Below the pieces are notes generated by a model. It was not told the DNA's origin. It made no database searches and worked only from the letters and a program-made list of their open reading frames with translations. Both the position numbers and the translations under genes were made by a program. DNA of 64,000 nt, taken from a virus. The stretch is taken from the IMG/VR virus record IMGVR_UViG_3300028844_005393, positions 1-64,000 of that record. One strand, 5' to 3'. Positions 7,851 through 17,344 of this stretch are shown here, piece by piece (the stretch's first letter is position 1; each line of letters starts with the position of its first letter).

Positions 7851-10096
7851 TTGAATAAATTGTAAAACGCAAGTCTTAGAAAGTGCTCTTCTTTATCTGG
7901 ATTTTTTTCATATTGCTTTAGTATTTTTGAGTAAAACATTTTAGGTTTTCGGTATACGCATTTACGTGGAACTGAAAAGCACGTTCCTGTATATTTGGTT
8001 GTATCTTCTGTATATATTTGATTTAGTGTTTGCTTATAATAGTTTCTTATTGTGTTATGATTTTTAATTTTAAGATGGGGGCTTATGTTCGTTTTTGATA
8101 AAACTCCATCGATAACACAAAAACTATTTGAATTTAAAATTGAAGACTTAGAAATCTTGCTTGCTATATTTTTTTGTTTCTCGTTGTTGGCAAATACTAA
8201 ATAATTTGGTAGGGAATTGTAGTGTGTAACAATAAATGATAAAAAAATACCAAATGAACTATATGTTGGTTTGTGTGTGAATGAGTTTAAGCAAACATCA
8301 ACACCACCGTCCACCAGTACGTTGCAAGAAATTCCAAAATTTTTGAGTGAGAACAATTCATTTTTGGTTCGTGCACCAACGAGTACAATATCACTATCTG
8401 TTATTTTGAATTTAGATAGACATTGCTTTGTTGTAAATTTTTCTAATGTTGTTATTTCTTTATTTATACTGAAGTTACAATTTACGTAGGAACTGTCTTT
8501 GTATATTTTTGTAACCTCTTCGTTATTTTTCTTTGAAAGTTTTTCGTCTTCTTTTCGGTTTATAAAATACTCTTTTAATTTTTGCTCTAGTGATTTATTT
8601 TTTATTAAATAAATTCCGTTATTAAGTTCAATATCTGTCGTTGGGGTGAACTCACATTGTTTTAATATTTTTTCTCGGTTGATGTATCTTCTGTTTACTT
8701 CGTTTCCGTGAAACATGACGTCTATGTCTAGATTTGCATAACCAACACCATTTTTAATTTTCTTGTTCCTCTTGCACCAGTTTATGAATTCTAGTTTAAA
8801 ATCATAAGTGGTATTTTTAAAAAACCTATCACGTAATATTATGTCATGGGTTTCTTTGTAATAATAAAAACCAATTAGATTTAGTAAATCACCACCACCA
8901 ACAACTGCTAAATCGAATAGCAGATTTTTTTCAAGAAAACTTCTGTGGTAACAACATCCATATCCAGGTTCTCCCTTTCTGTCTAGTAGTATTTGTGTAT
9001 CATTCTTTTTATTACAATGTGTTAGTTTATATGCAGATGAGTTTTTTTCTTTATTTTCACTTTTTACATTTTCTTTTTTTGAATTGGAAAATATTTGAGC
9101 AACCCCATAAAATTCAGTTGCAAGTATTATATCCTTCCACCAATCTATTTTGTTAAACTTAATATCAGCATCAATCCACATTATATATTTGTAATTCTTC
9201 ACCAATAATCTTTTTATTCCTACATTAAGAAGTTGCTCCTTCATCCAAAACACGGACTCGGTTTTAATTGATATGCAATTTTTTGTTAATTTGTTAACTC
9301 TGTATTTTGAGTTTTCGGTATACGACTCAACTACAAGTGGTTCTATATTTGTTGATCTTATTTCCGACAGAAATTTACTAAAATTTAAAAACTTACTTTT
9401 ATAGTCACATGGATTAAAATAGCAACAAACTACTCCTATATCAGATTGCGGTGGGTTGTAATTTGTTAATTCTTTATATAACCTATTGCTATTTGTTTGG
9501 TCGTCTATGCTTTTTATGTGTCTTAAATAATAATCATCGGTATATTTTAACTGAATCCGTGATGTTGCTCCTACTATCTGTTCGTGTAGTTTTTTGTTCC
9601 ATCTAAGTTTATTATTATTTTTATATATACGACCTTGATAATCTGGAAAGTTAATTGCATTGTTTTTATCTTTGTCAATTGACCACCCATAGTGTTTTGC
9701 CGTTTTTTCATCAATTCCGTCAAAATAGTTTAATCTAGGTATCCAAAATAAATCAGAATTATTTTTTAATATAATTGAGTGAACTTCTTTGATTAAGGTT
9801 TCTGATGGAAGTTCATCTGAATCTAAGTTGAATATATAATCTCCGTTGCATATAGAAAAGAAAATATTTTTATGAGAAGCAAAGTCATAAAGTAGTTTTC
9901 TGTAAATATATTTATCTACTTTAGTTTCAAGATACTCTTTAATTCGTTCACATTTACTGAAATCTGAAATTACTATTATTTCGTCTTTTTCTTTTTTGTG
10001 TATGTTGATGTAGTCTACTAATCCTATAAATGACTCGGTTTCCTCACTTACACATATAGCATAACTGATGCTAGGATTTGCTTGCGTCAAACTCAT
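7847..10096 (-). CDS. Multidomain glycosyltransferase: GT2 + second GT-A domain + DUF3431-like C-terminus
   Basis: FNLDSDE/PRLN/FPDYQGRIY; CCYFNP..WMKEQLLN..WIDADI..GGGD; FIVTHYNSLPNYLVF...FSVPRKCV. Confidence 0.75.
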   Translation of the reverse strand: MSLTQANPSISYAICVSEETESFIGLVDYINIHKKEKDEIIVISDFSKCERIKEYLETKVDKYIYRKLLYDFASHKNIFFSICNGDYIFNLDSDELPSETLIKEVHSIILKNNSDLFWIPRLNYFDGIDEKTAKHYGWSIDKDKNNAINFPDYQGRIYKNNNKLRWNKKLHEQIVGATSRIQLKYTDDYYLRHIKSIDDQTNSNRLYKELTNYNPPQSDIGVVCCYFNPCDYKSKFLNFSKFLSEIRSTNIEPLVVESYTENSKYRVNKLTKNCISIKTESVFWMKEQLLNVGIKRLLVKNYKYIMWIDADIKFNKIDWWKDIILATEFYGVAQIFSNSKKENVKSENKEKNSSAYKLTHCNKKNDTQILLDRKGEPGYGCCYHRSFLEKNLLFDLAVVGGGDLLNLIGFYYYKETHDIILRDRFFKNTTYDFKLEFINWCKRNKKIKNGVGYANLDIDVMFHGNEVNRRYINREKILKQCEFTPTTDIELNNGIYLIKNKSLEQKLKEYFINRKEDEKLSKKNNEEVTKIYKDSSYVNCNFSINKEITTLEKFTTKQCLSKFKITDSDIVLVGARTKNELFSLKNFGISCNVLVDGGVDVCLNSFTHKPTYSSFGIFLSFIVTHYNSLPNYLVFANNEKQKNIASKISKSSILNSNSFCVIDGVLSKTNISPHLKIKNHNTIRNYYKQTLNQIYTEDTTKYTGTCFSVPRKCVYRKPKMFYSKILKQYEKNPDKEEHFLRLAFYNLFK

Positions 10097-10766
10097 TTTC
10101 CGAATCCGCCCCCGGTTTGTCTACAAAGTTGCGTAGATCGTCTAACATTTCATAAAACGAATCTAAACTACCGAATCTATCTGTTATGAGTGTTTTAAAT
10201 CTACTGTTATTTAAATTGTCAATATCAGACTTCAATATTTTATTTAGTAACATTTTGCTTTGTTTTATTTCAGTCAAACTTTCGGTTTTATTAATAATGG
10301 CAGATGGGTGTGTGTTGTTATCAAATAATTTTAACTTCTTCCAATCCAACATATATAATTTTGGTCTTCTGATTTCACTCATTTTATATGTCCGATAGCA
10401 ATCATAACGAATTAAATTCTTTTTTACATAGTTCTGATAAAAAGAACGTGGTCTATCTATGAGTTCCGAAAACGGCCCTTTTAATTCAAGTTTTCTTTTT
10501 ATTTGTGAAATTGTATCTTTTAGTATTACTCGTTTTAAAAAAGCATATAACTTACTCTCGGGAATAAATTCAAGTGAAACTCCGTGTAAAAGAGGAGTTC
10601 CACCTTTATTAAATTTCCCCAGCACCAAGACGAGTCTATTTACACGTCTTCTAGTTACTTCTGTTCGGTAACGAAATGATATAATATGACCAGGTTGTAT
10701 TCTTGGTTTTGTTACTGAAACATCACCACCGATAAGTCTTTTTATATATTGGGCATAGAAACTCAT
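10071..10766 (-). CDS. Possible T4 gp2-like DNA end protector
   Basis: PGHIISFRY...LVLVL...LHGVSLEFIP...CYRTYKMSEI resembles the gp2 pattern G..Y.F.Y..PL...GLNLHYLP..C.K.Y. Confidence 0.45.
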   Translation of the reverse strand: MSFYAQYIKRLIGGDVSVTKPRIQPGHIISFRYRTEVTRRRVNRLVLVLGKFNKGGTPLLHGVSLEFIPESKLYAFLKRVILKDTISQIKRKLELKGPFSELIDRPRSFYQNYVKKNLIRYDCYRTYKMSEIRRPKLYMLDWKKLKLFDNNTHPSAIINKTESLTEIKQSKMLLNKILKSDIDNLNNSRFKTLITDRFGSLDSFYEMLDDLRNFVDKPGADSENEFDASKS

Positions 10767-10785
10767 ATTAATATACTAATGTATA

Positions 10786-11937
10786 TTATATATATGAATT
10801 TATTAACTCTTTATACCTATCTCCGATTGTTTTCTTGTTATGAGTAGTCTTGATTGAGTTTACTATACTTTCAACTTCAACTCTATACGATTCGTAGTTA
10901 GTCTGTACATCTTTCAACTTTTCTGAGAATTGTTCTATATCTACTTCAAATTTAGAATATTCTCCAACAGAATTATCACTTTCTGTTTTTTCTGTCTTAC
11001 CCGAGACTTTAAATTTATCTGATGTTAGAAACTCATTTGCGGATGAAGTCTCAGACACGATAACAGGTTTATTGTTTATCAATGACTCGAATATACTCCT
11101 TTCAAAAAACTTTCCACGTGACATACTGATTGTGGTTTTTATCTTTGAGTGACGATATAACTCACGAACTTCGTGTGATGTAAAATGGCCATGTAACACA
11201 TAAATACTTGGATTCTCTATATGTGAGTCTTTTAAAATCTCGGTAATATGTGATTGTATTTTATCGTAGTCGGTGCGACTATAATTAAGGTAGTTTGTAC
11301 GCAACAACAATGCTGGTTTATTTTTAATGTTTTGTGTTGAATGTATAAAAGAACGTATTAGTGCGTTGATATTATTAACCTCATTGCTTGGACTTACCTT
11401 TAAGTTCCAATTACCATCAAATAAAAAACAATATTCTTCTTTGATACTCTCAATGTATTTTACCAATTCACCTGACTTATCATACGATGTAGGTTTGTGG
11501 GTATGAATACACCTTTCAATGACTTGTAGATCAGTTTCTGTTTTATCTGAAAGATAATCACTTGCATATTTTGATGGAACTATTATTTTATCCATCTTAC
11601 TACACAACTCTGCTTCTGTTTTGGTAAAGAGTGTAGTTGATTGAGTAATAATTCCTATATTGTTTTTTCCTATTGTTTTAAAGTCTGATGGATTTCCCAT
11701 TTTTACATAAAGATCAACATACTCAACTCGTGATGTGTGTAGTTTGCGCTTTAATATCTTTGTTATGCTTTCGTTTTCAAATACAAAGGAACATTGATTA
11801 CCAGGTGTCGGTGTATCTATAAAAAATATATCATACTTTGAATCTAAGTTACAAATATAATCAGCAACTTCTCGTGCATAGTCACCATTTTCTGTTAAAG
11901 AAGTGATTGGTGAATCGTATATTAGTATTGGTTTCAT
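10786..11937 (-). CDS. GT4-like (GT-B) glycosyltransferase, degenerate
   Basis: MDKIIVPSKY, IYVLHG, ELYRH, ES..NKPVIVS; the Ex7E motif reads GKFFERSIFE. Confidence 0.65.
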   Translation of the reverse strand: MKPILIYDSPITSLTENGDYAREVADYICNLDSKYDIFFIDTPTPGNQCSFVFENESITKILKRKLHTSRVEYVDLYVKMGNPSDFKTIGKNNIGIITQSTTLFTKTEAELCSKMDKIIVPSKYASDYLSDKTETDLQVIERCIHTHKPTSYDKSGELVKYIESIKEEYCFLFDGNWNLKVSPSNEVNNINALIRSFIHSTQNIKNKPALLLRTNYLNYSRTDYDKIQSHITEILKDSHIENPSIYVLHGHFTSHEVRELYRHSKIKTTISMSRGKFFERSIFESLINNKPVIVSETSSANEFLTSDKFKVSGKTEKTESDNSVGEYSKFEVDIEQFSEKLKDVQTNYESYRVEVESIVNSIKTTHNKKTIGDRYKELINSYI

Positions 11938-13175
11938 GTTATTTTGCTAAATCTAAATCGTTCGGGTTGTTTATAGTTGTATATTAGTTCGTCAATTTGA
12001 CTTGATATATTAGAACACATAGATTCTTCTGTAAAATTATTATCTCTCAAGAAGTCCAAATAAGAATCCATTTTAATATTTTTTCTTCTTTTATATAAAG
12101 TGTTTATAGATTTTCCAACCGACTTTGGGTCTACATAATCTGCATGAATATATGGAGTTTGTTGTGTTCCCCGTATACAAGTCACACTTGGTTCTACAAC
12201 TTCTGTCCAATCTTCATTAATTTGATCCTTTAGACCACCTGTGTTATTTACGATGATTGGAGTTTTGGTAGCAACTGCTTCAAGTGTACTAAGTCCAAAC
12301 CCCTCGTTGGATGCTATATTAATAACGCAACTTGATAGGTTGTACATATTATTTAAAATTGGTTCAAGTACCATTTCATCGGAAATCAATACAGGTAAAT
12401 CTGAATATAAATCATCCAGGATTGAATTGATGTTTACTCCGTTAGGTGCAGTTGGGTTGGTGTGAATCAATAAAACAACATCTTCTTTATTCTTTTTACT
12501 TAATTTATTATAGAATTCATTGAATCCTGACATTAATATTGAAAGTTCTTTTCTTTGAATATTTGTTGCATTGCAAAACAAAACAAATTCGTAATCTTTA
12601 CCTAAAAAGTCTTTTCTGTTTTGTGAAATCATTTTATCATCTTGTGGATAAAACTTTTTTGTATTGATTCCATGTGGTGTGTATTTTACACATGGGTGAT
12701 CTGTAACTACATTAGTAACGCACTCATGTGTTAATTTACTAATACAACCTATTGCATCACAACTATTATATATACTTGATAAAAATTTAGGATATGGGGT
12801 GTTGTCCCACACATGGTAGTAATATATTGGACATAAACTTCGTACCTCGTGCTCTGCTTCAAATAACCAATTAAATCTATGAGGATCGGTCATTATCAAG
12901 ATAGCAGATGCAGATTCTGTTCTAATTACACTTCGCAATAAGTCTAACGAACCATACTCGGATGTGCCATATAATTTAAAATATGCTTTAGGATTTTTTG
13001 TTGCTTTTGATACAGATTCTGAAATATCTATTACTTCACTTGAGTCTAGACCAGCTGCAATTTGAACAATGTCATACTTTTGTGAAAGTTCTAAGGATAT
13101 AGCACGTAGAATATTACCGACACCTGTTGGTTGTCGTATATCATCTCCTATTATTACTATTTTTTTATTTTGCAC
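11934..13175 (-). CDS. GT4 family glycosyltransferase
   Basis: TGVG, YHVWDN, PHGIN, NIQRKE, ASNEGFGLSTLEA, NNTGGLKDQ. Confidence 0.9.
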   Translation of the reverse strand: MQNKKIVIIGDDIRQPTGVGNILRAISLELSQKYDIVQIAAGLDSSEVIDISESVSKATKNPKAYFKLYGTSEYGSLDLLRSVIRTESASAILIMTDPHRFNWLFEAEHEVRSLCPIYYYHVWDNTPYPKFLSSIYNSCDAIGCISKLTHECVTNVVTDHPCVKYTPHGINTKKFYPQDDKMISQNRKDFLGKDYEFVLFCNATNIQRKELSILMSGFNEFYNKLSKKNKEDVVLLIHTNPTAPNGVNINSILDDLYSDLPVLISDEMVLEPILNNMYNLSSCVINIASNEGFGLSTLEAVATKTPIIVNNTGGLKDQINEDWTEVVEPSVTCIRGTQQTPYIHADYVDPKSVGKSINTLYKRRKNIKMDSYLDFLRDNNFTEESMCSNISSQIDELIYNYKQPERFRFSKIT

Positions 13176-13181
13176 ACTTAT

Positions 13182-13209
13182 ATAGTATGCTTTTTATCAC
13201 CAATGTCAA
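13182..13209 (-). promoter_or_regulatory. Sigma70-type promoter heading the glycosyltransferase operon
   Basis: Minus strand TTGACA-16 nt-TACTAT; GTG start 6 nt downstream of the -10 box. Confidence 0.6.
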
Positions 13210-13212
13210 TAA

Positions 13213-13410
13213 TTAATACTTATTGTCATTATCAAAGATTTTTGCTTCGTCGAGTTTTTTTTCAAAGTCTCCATCTTTCAAATATTGCTCGATTGCACGA
13301 TTAACCAATTTTTGTAAAGTCATAGGTGAGTCAATCGTCTTCAATTTAAATTTTGAGTAATTGTCGGACAAAACCTTAACGGTTGTTAACTTGTAATTTG
13401 CATCATTCAT
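13213..13410 (-). CDS. Small ribbon-helix-helix-like DNA-binding protein
   Basis: Beta strand KLTTVKV followed by two helices (YSKFKLK; TLQKLVNRAIEQYL). Confidence 0.55.
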   Translation of the reverse strand: MNDANYKLTTVKVLSDNYSKFKLKTIDSPMTLQKLVNRAIEQYLKDGDFEKKLDEAKIFDNDNKY

Positions 13411-13460
13411 TTATCATAAATATTAGGGTAATTAAAAAAAAATCATATTTATTATAAAAA

Positions 13461-13826
13461 TTAAAGTTCACTTCCCCACTTTGGTGGGTCTAGTGGACAT
13501 TTGCTGGTAGATAATAATAATTTACCACTACTACACCCACATTTTAAACATCGTGCAATTTTTGTCTGTTTAATTTCTTGCCAGTGCTGACAACCTCTAC
13601 ATATGTTTAACCTTTTATTCCATTGCTCACTACTAACAACTGGTCGACCTGCTCGTTGCCACTCTACTAATGCTTTAGATAAATTATTTGCTAGATCAAA
13701 AAAACCAACTTTACCTTCTGATTGTGATGAACTTACATTATCTGTATTTGCATTATTACTTTCCGATGAAGTGTTTGATTCTTCGTCTTCGAGTTTTTTG
13801 TATCGTTTAAAAAATCTTCTGCCCAT
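13461..13826 (-). CDS. Cys-rich putative Zn-binding protein (DUF6171-like)
   Basis: RLNICRGC...CLKCGC...KCP....KW. Confidence 0.65.
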   Translation of the reverse strand: MGRRFFKRYKKLEDEESNTSSESNNANTDNVSSSQSEGKVGFFDLANNLSKALVEWQRAGRPVVSSEQWNKRLNICRGCQHWQEIKQTKIARCLKCGCSSGKLLLSTSKCPLDPPKWGSEL

Positions 13827-13866
13827 AATTCTTAATAATATTATTTAATCAAATATACTTATAGAT

Positions 13867-14181
13867 ATGGATAATAAAATTTTTAAAATTCCAAAAGACA
13901 ATAATTCTCTTAAAAAAGATATTAAAAAACGAAAAGACGAATACATGAGACACGTTTATGAATGTTTTAAACAATTAAACGAAGAACAAATTCCCGAAAG
14001 ACTTAATGTATTTTCTTTTAACGATACGAAACTTGAAGTAGTAATTAAAAAAGAAAGTTATGAAATTAACTTGAAAAATTTAATTAAATACTTTAGTGAT
14101 ATTGAAGAATATGAAATTTGTACTGTTTTAAATAGTAAGCTATATACATTAAATAAAAATAGTAATAATAAAGACTTATAA
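13867..14181 (+). CDS. Hypothetical protein with UVR-like C-terminal helical hairpin
   Basis: YFSDIEEYEICTVL; first gene of the plus-strand block. Confidence 0.6.
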   Translation: MDNKIFKIPKDNNSLKKDIKKRKDEYMRHVYECFKQLNEEQIPERLNVFSFNDTKLEVVIKKESYEINLKNLIKYFSDIEEYEICTVLNSKLYTLNKNSNNKDL

Positions 14182-14221
14182 GTAATAAAGACAATAACTG
14201 TCATAACGTGGAGAAATAACG

Positions 14222-14977
14222 ATGTCAAGGAAAAAAACCAAAACTGTAAACAAAAACCTATTAGCAAATGCCCATATAGAAGAGGAGATGCAAGATAATC
14301 AACTTACTCCACTTAGAAAGCTTAAAATTAAATTAAATAAAAAATTTACTGAAAAGCAAACTTTGTTAAATAAAATAGCATTAGATAATGATACAAAACT
14401 AATTTTCATAGATGGACCCGCCGGAACTGCAAAAACTTGGTTAAGTGTTTATTGTGGTCTCCAATTATTTCAGGAGCAGAAAATAGAAGAGATGATATAT
14501 GTTAGAAGTGCTGTAGAAAGTTCTGATCAAAAACTTGGGTTTCTACCGGGAGCTCAAGATGATAAAATGGCTCCCTACTTAGAACCATTTAAAGATAAAC
14601 TAGAGGAACTACTTAACCCAATTGACATAAAATATTTACAAGAAGAAGAACGAATATATGGTATACCTGTTGGATTTCTCCGAGGGGCAAGTTGGGAAAA
14701 CAAATTTATCTTAGTAGATGAAGCACAAAATTTATCAGAAAAAGAGATGATTACCATAATGACACGTATAGGTGAAAACTGTAAAGTTTTTATCTGTGGA
14801 GACGCAATGCAGAGTGACATAGGCAACAGAAGTGGGTTTAATAACATACTCAACTTATTTGAAGATGAGGCCTCAAAAAATCACGGAATTCACACTTTTA
14901 AATTCACAGAAGAGGACATTGTTAGAAGTCAATTAGTAAAATTTATAATTACTAAGTTAAAAAGTTTATCAAAATAA
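14222..14977 (+). CDS. phoH: PhoH-family ATPase
   Basis: GPAGTAKT, LGFLPG, FLRG, DEAQN, TRIG, GD..QSD, DIVRS. Confidence 0.95.
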   Translation: MSRKKTKTVNKNLLANAHIEEEMQDNQLTPLRKLKIKLNKKFTEKQTLLNKIALDNDTKLIFIDGPAGTAKTWLSVYCGLQLFQEQKIEEMIYVRSAVESSDQKLGFLPGAQDDKMAPYLEPFKDKLEELLNPIDIKYLQEEERIYGIPVGFLRGASWENKFILVDEAQNLSEKEMITIMTRIGENCKVFICGDAMQSDIGNRSGFNNILNLFEDEASKNHGIHTFKFTEEDIVRSQLVKFIITKLKSLSK

Positions 14978-15039
14978 TATTTATATATCATAAAACAATA
15001 TATGTATATGTATAGATTCACGGAATTTTAGTATTTCAC

Positions 15040-16935
15040 ATGGCCAACCAAAAGATAACAGACCTAAATAGATTAAATAATCTTGACTCAGATGACTTGT
15101 TTATAGTCGTCGACGCGGATTCCAAATCTAACTCAGCATCCCCAACGGGTGAAACGAAAGGTATATCAGCGGGATCACTTGCAGCTGAGTTGAATAAAAT
15201 AGCAAACGGTGAAGTTGGTATTGATTTCAAAAACCTCAGAGATGTACCCGACTCATATTCAGAAAACAGGGGTGGTTACATTAAAATCAACAACGATGGA
15301 ACTGGTATAGAATTCACCGATTCACCTGGTGCGTCTGAACAAGTGTTTCCTGGGTCGTTTTTAGAAAGTCATGTAAACGGAGAATTGCAATCATATAAAA
15401 TAGGTGATATATTATATGTCAGTAGCAACAACAAATTTTCTAAAGCAGGATGTACAAGTTTAGATACTGCGGAAGCAATCGGTGTAATTAGAAAAATTAA
15501 ATACACCAAAGATTCTACTAATAGTAATAAAATAATTGAAAAAATTAGTGTAGTATTCAACGGATACATTGAGTTCGAATGGGATACCTCAGTCATAGGT
15601 GGTCCTGTTTCAATAGAAAAAAGACCTATTGATCCAGATGACAACGCAATCACTCGTGTATATGACAATCAATTATTAATACCAGGTAAAACATATTTTC
15701 TAGGTACAGGTGGATCACTTATGGATATTGATCCTGCGGAAATTGTTAGTTTAGATACAACAATATCCAAACCAATGGTAGTTGCTACATCAAAAACCAC
15801 AGGTATTTTAATGAACTATCGTGGCTTAGTATGTTCTTCTGATGAGCAGTCTAATAAGTTTGTTATATATGAACCATCTGCGTGTAATAGTATTAAAACA
15901 GGGGATGTTCTAAGAATTAAAAGAAGTAGTGTAAGAACATCGGTTGATAACTTTTTAATAAGATCAGAATATGATAAAGATGAATTATCTGAAGACGTAC
16001 TTCCTAGTTTTCTAGGTCGTGAAAGTGGAACAACAAATTATGCTTTATGTAACTCAGCATCGCAGAATAAAACTACAACAACCCAAAATAATAATAATCC
16101 ACCCGTTGAAGATGATAACTACGGGTGTGATATGTTGGGTGTTGTAATTAATTCAACGAGTGACTTTTTTGAAATACAAACAAGTGGAATGGTTCAGTTT
16201 GATCCACCCGAGTTTCAGTCTTCCGAAATTATTACTTTACCAAGTGGTGACACACAGGCCGTGAACAAAGATATCACATCAGGATTATTCAAAACAGGAT
16301 ACACTTATTATGTTGAATCGTTTCCAATCAACAATGATCAACTGGCTGCAACAAATCAAACAACGGAACTTAGAAATTGTATATACGATTATGCTCCTGA
16401 AGAATTAAGTGAATTTTATAATCTCAAAGAAGACGAAAAGTTATCAGTTCTTGGTGAAAAACTTAAATCTGTGTGCGATGGAACTTCTCCATTTAGAAAT
16501 ACAACAATAATTGATCCATTTGTGCGAGATCATACATCCGGTAAAGTATTATCATATTCAAAACCTGCATTTTATGCAGTTTCTCCTAATAAAATTTTAA
16601 TATTAAATCAACCACCGTATCCAAATCCAAAAGACAGGTGTAATGCAGTTGATCCCACGACATGGACTCCTTGTGCATACGAAAGTCGTGAAACTCAAAA
16701 TTACACCATCAACAGGACACGTGAGTTCACAGGACAAACTGAACTTGAAAAGTTTTCAAGTGATTTTCTGAAAGTAGCATGGCCTGATGCAGGAACTAAT
16801 GATAGAAGTGTAATTACATTTATTATAGAATACACACAGGATAACAAAGCAGTTACTAAATTTGAATCACACGAACTTGTGCGACTTGATTCGGTTGATG
16901 GATCAAACTGGAACTATGTAAGGAAATTATCATAA
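15040..16935 (+). CDS. Virion fibre/decoration-like protein with two related beta domains
   Basis: N-terminal KITDL..DDLFIVVD and F.NL.DVP.SY..N.DGTGIEF fibre motifs; two GD.LY..A.GV..G.(I/V).F..G.TY..SKP units. Confidence 0.6.
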   Translation: MANQKITDLNRLNNLDSDDLFIVVDADSKSNSASPTGETKGISAGSLAAELNKIANGEVGIDFKNLRDVPDSYSENRGGYIKINNDGTGIEFTDSPGASEQVFPGSFLESHVNGELQSYKIGDILYVSSNNKFSKAGCTSLDTAEAIGVIRKIKYTKDSTNSNKIIEKISVVFNGYIEFEWDTSVIGGPVSIEKRPIDPDDNAITRVYDNQLLIPGKTYFLGTGGSLMDIDPAEIVSLDTTISKPMVVATSKTTGILMNYRGLVCSSDEQSNKFVIYEPSACNSIKTGDVLRIKRSSVRTSVDNFLIRSEYDKDELSEDVLPSFLGRESGTTNYALCNSASQNKTTTTQNNNNPPVEDDNYGCDMLGVVINSTSDFFEIQTSGMVQFDPPEFQSSEIITLPSGDTQAVNKDITSGLFKTGYTYYVESFPINNDQLAATNQTTELRNCIYDYAPEELSEFYNLKEDEKLSVLGEKLKSVCDGTSPFRNTTIIDPFVRDHTSGKVLSYSKPAFYAVSPNKILILNQPPYPNPKDRCNAVDPTTWTPCAYESRETQNYTINRTREFTGQTELEKFSSDFLKVAWPDAGTNDRSVITFIIEYTQDNKAVTKFESHELVRLDSVDGSNWNYVRKLS

Positions 16936-17330
16936 TGGGATCATTATACGATATCGGAAACTTTAGATATAAGCACTTTACATTCTTTTCATGTAAAACA
17001 AGTGAAGACGATAAAACGTGTGACGCCGCACCACCCAACTCAGTAGATAAAAACGGAGACACCATTGATGAGGTTATAGAATTTCTTGATCGTGTATGGC
17101 CACACAAAGGTATTTTTATTGGGGACAGCTCTGAAGGTGATTATAGTTTCGTAACATATGTGCATCAAAATACACAGAAAATTGAAGTAAAACAAATTTA
17201 TGTATACAAACGTGTTCGTGCAATAAATGTATCTGAAAGTACCGCATCAGCAACTAAGTATGTATTAGTATGGGAACGTGTAATGGACCCAGTTAAGTCA
17301 CTTAAACCAGGAATTACACAGAATATTTAA
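16935..17330 (+). CDS. Hypothetical protein related to the C-terminal module of the upstream gene
   Basis: TAATG coupling; FLDRVWP..D.S.VTY versus FLKVAWP..D.S.ITF upstream. Confidence 0.65.
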   Translation: MGSLYDIGNFRYKHFTFFSCKTSEDDKTCDAAPPNSVDKNGDTIDEVIEFLDRVWPHKGIFIGDSSEGDYSFVTYVHQNTQKIEVKQIYVYKRVRAINVSESTASATKYVLVWERVMDPVKSLKPGITQNI

Positions 17331-17344
17331 GGAAAGAAAAGGTT

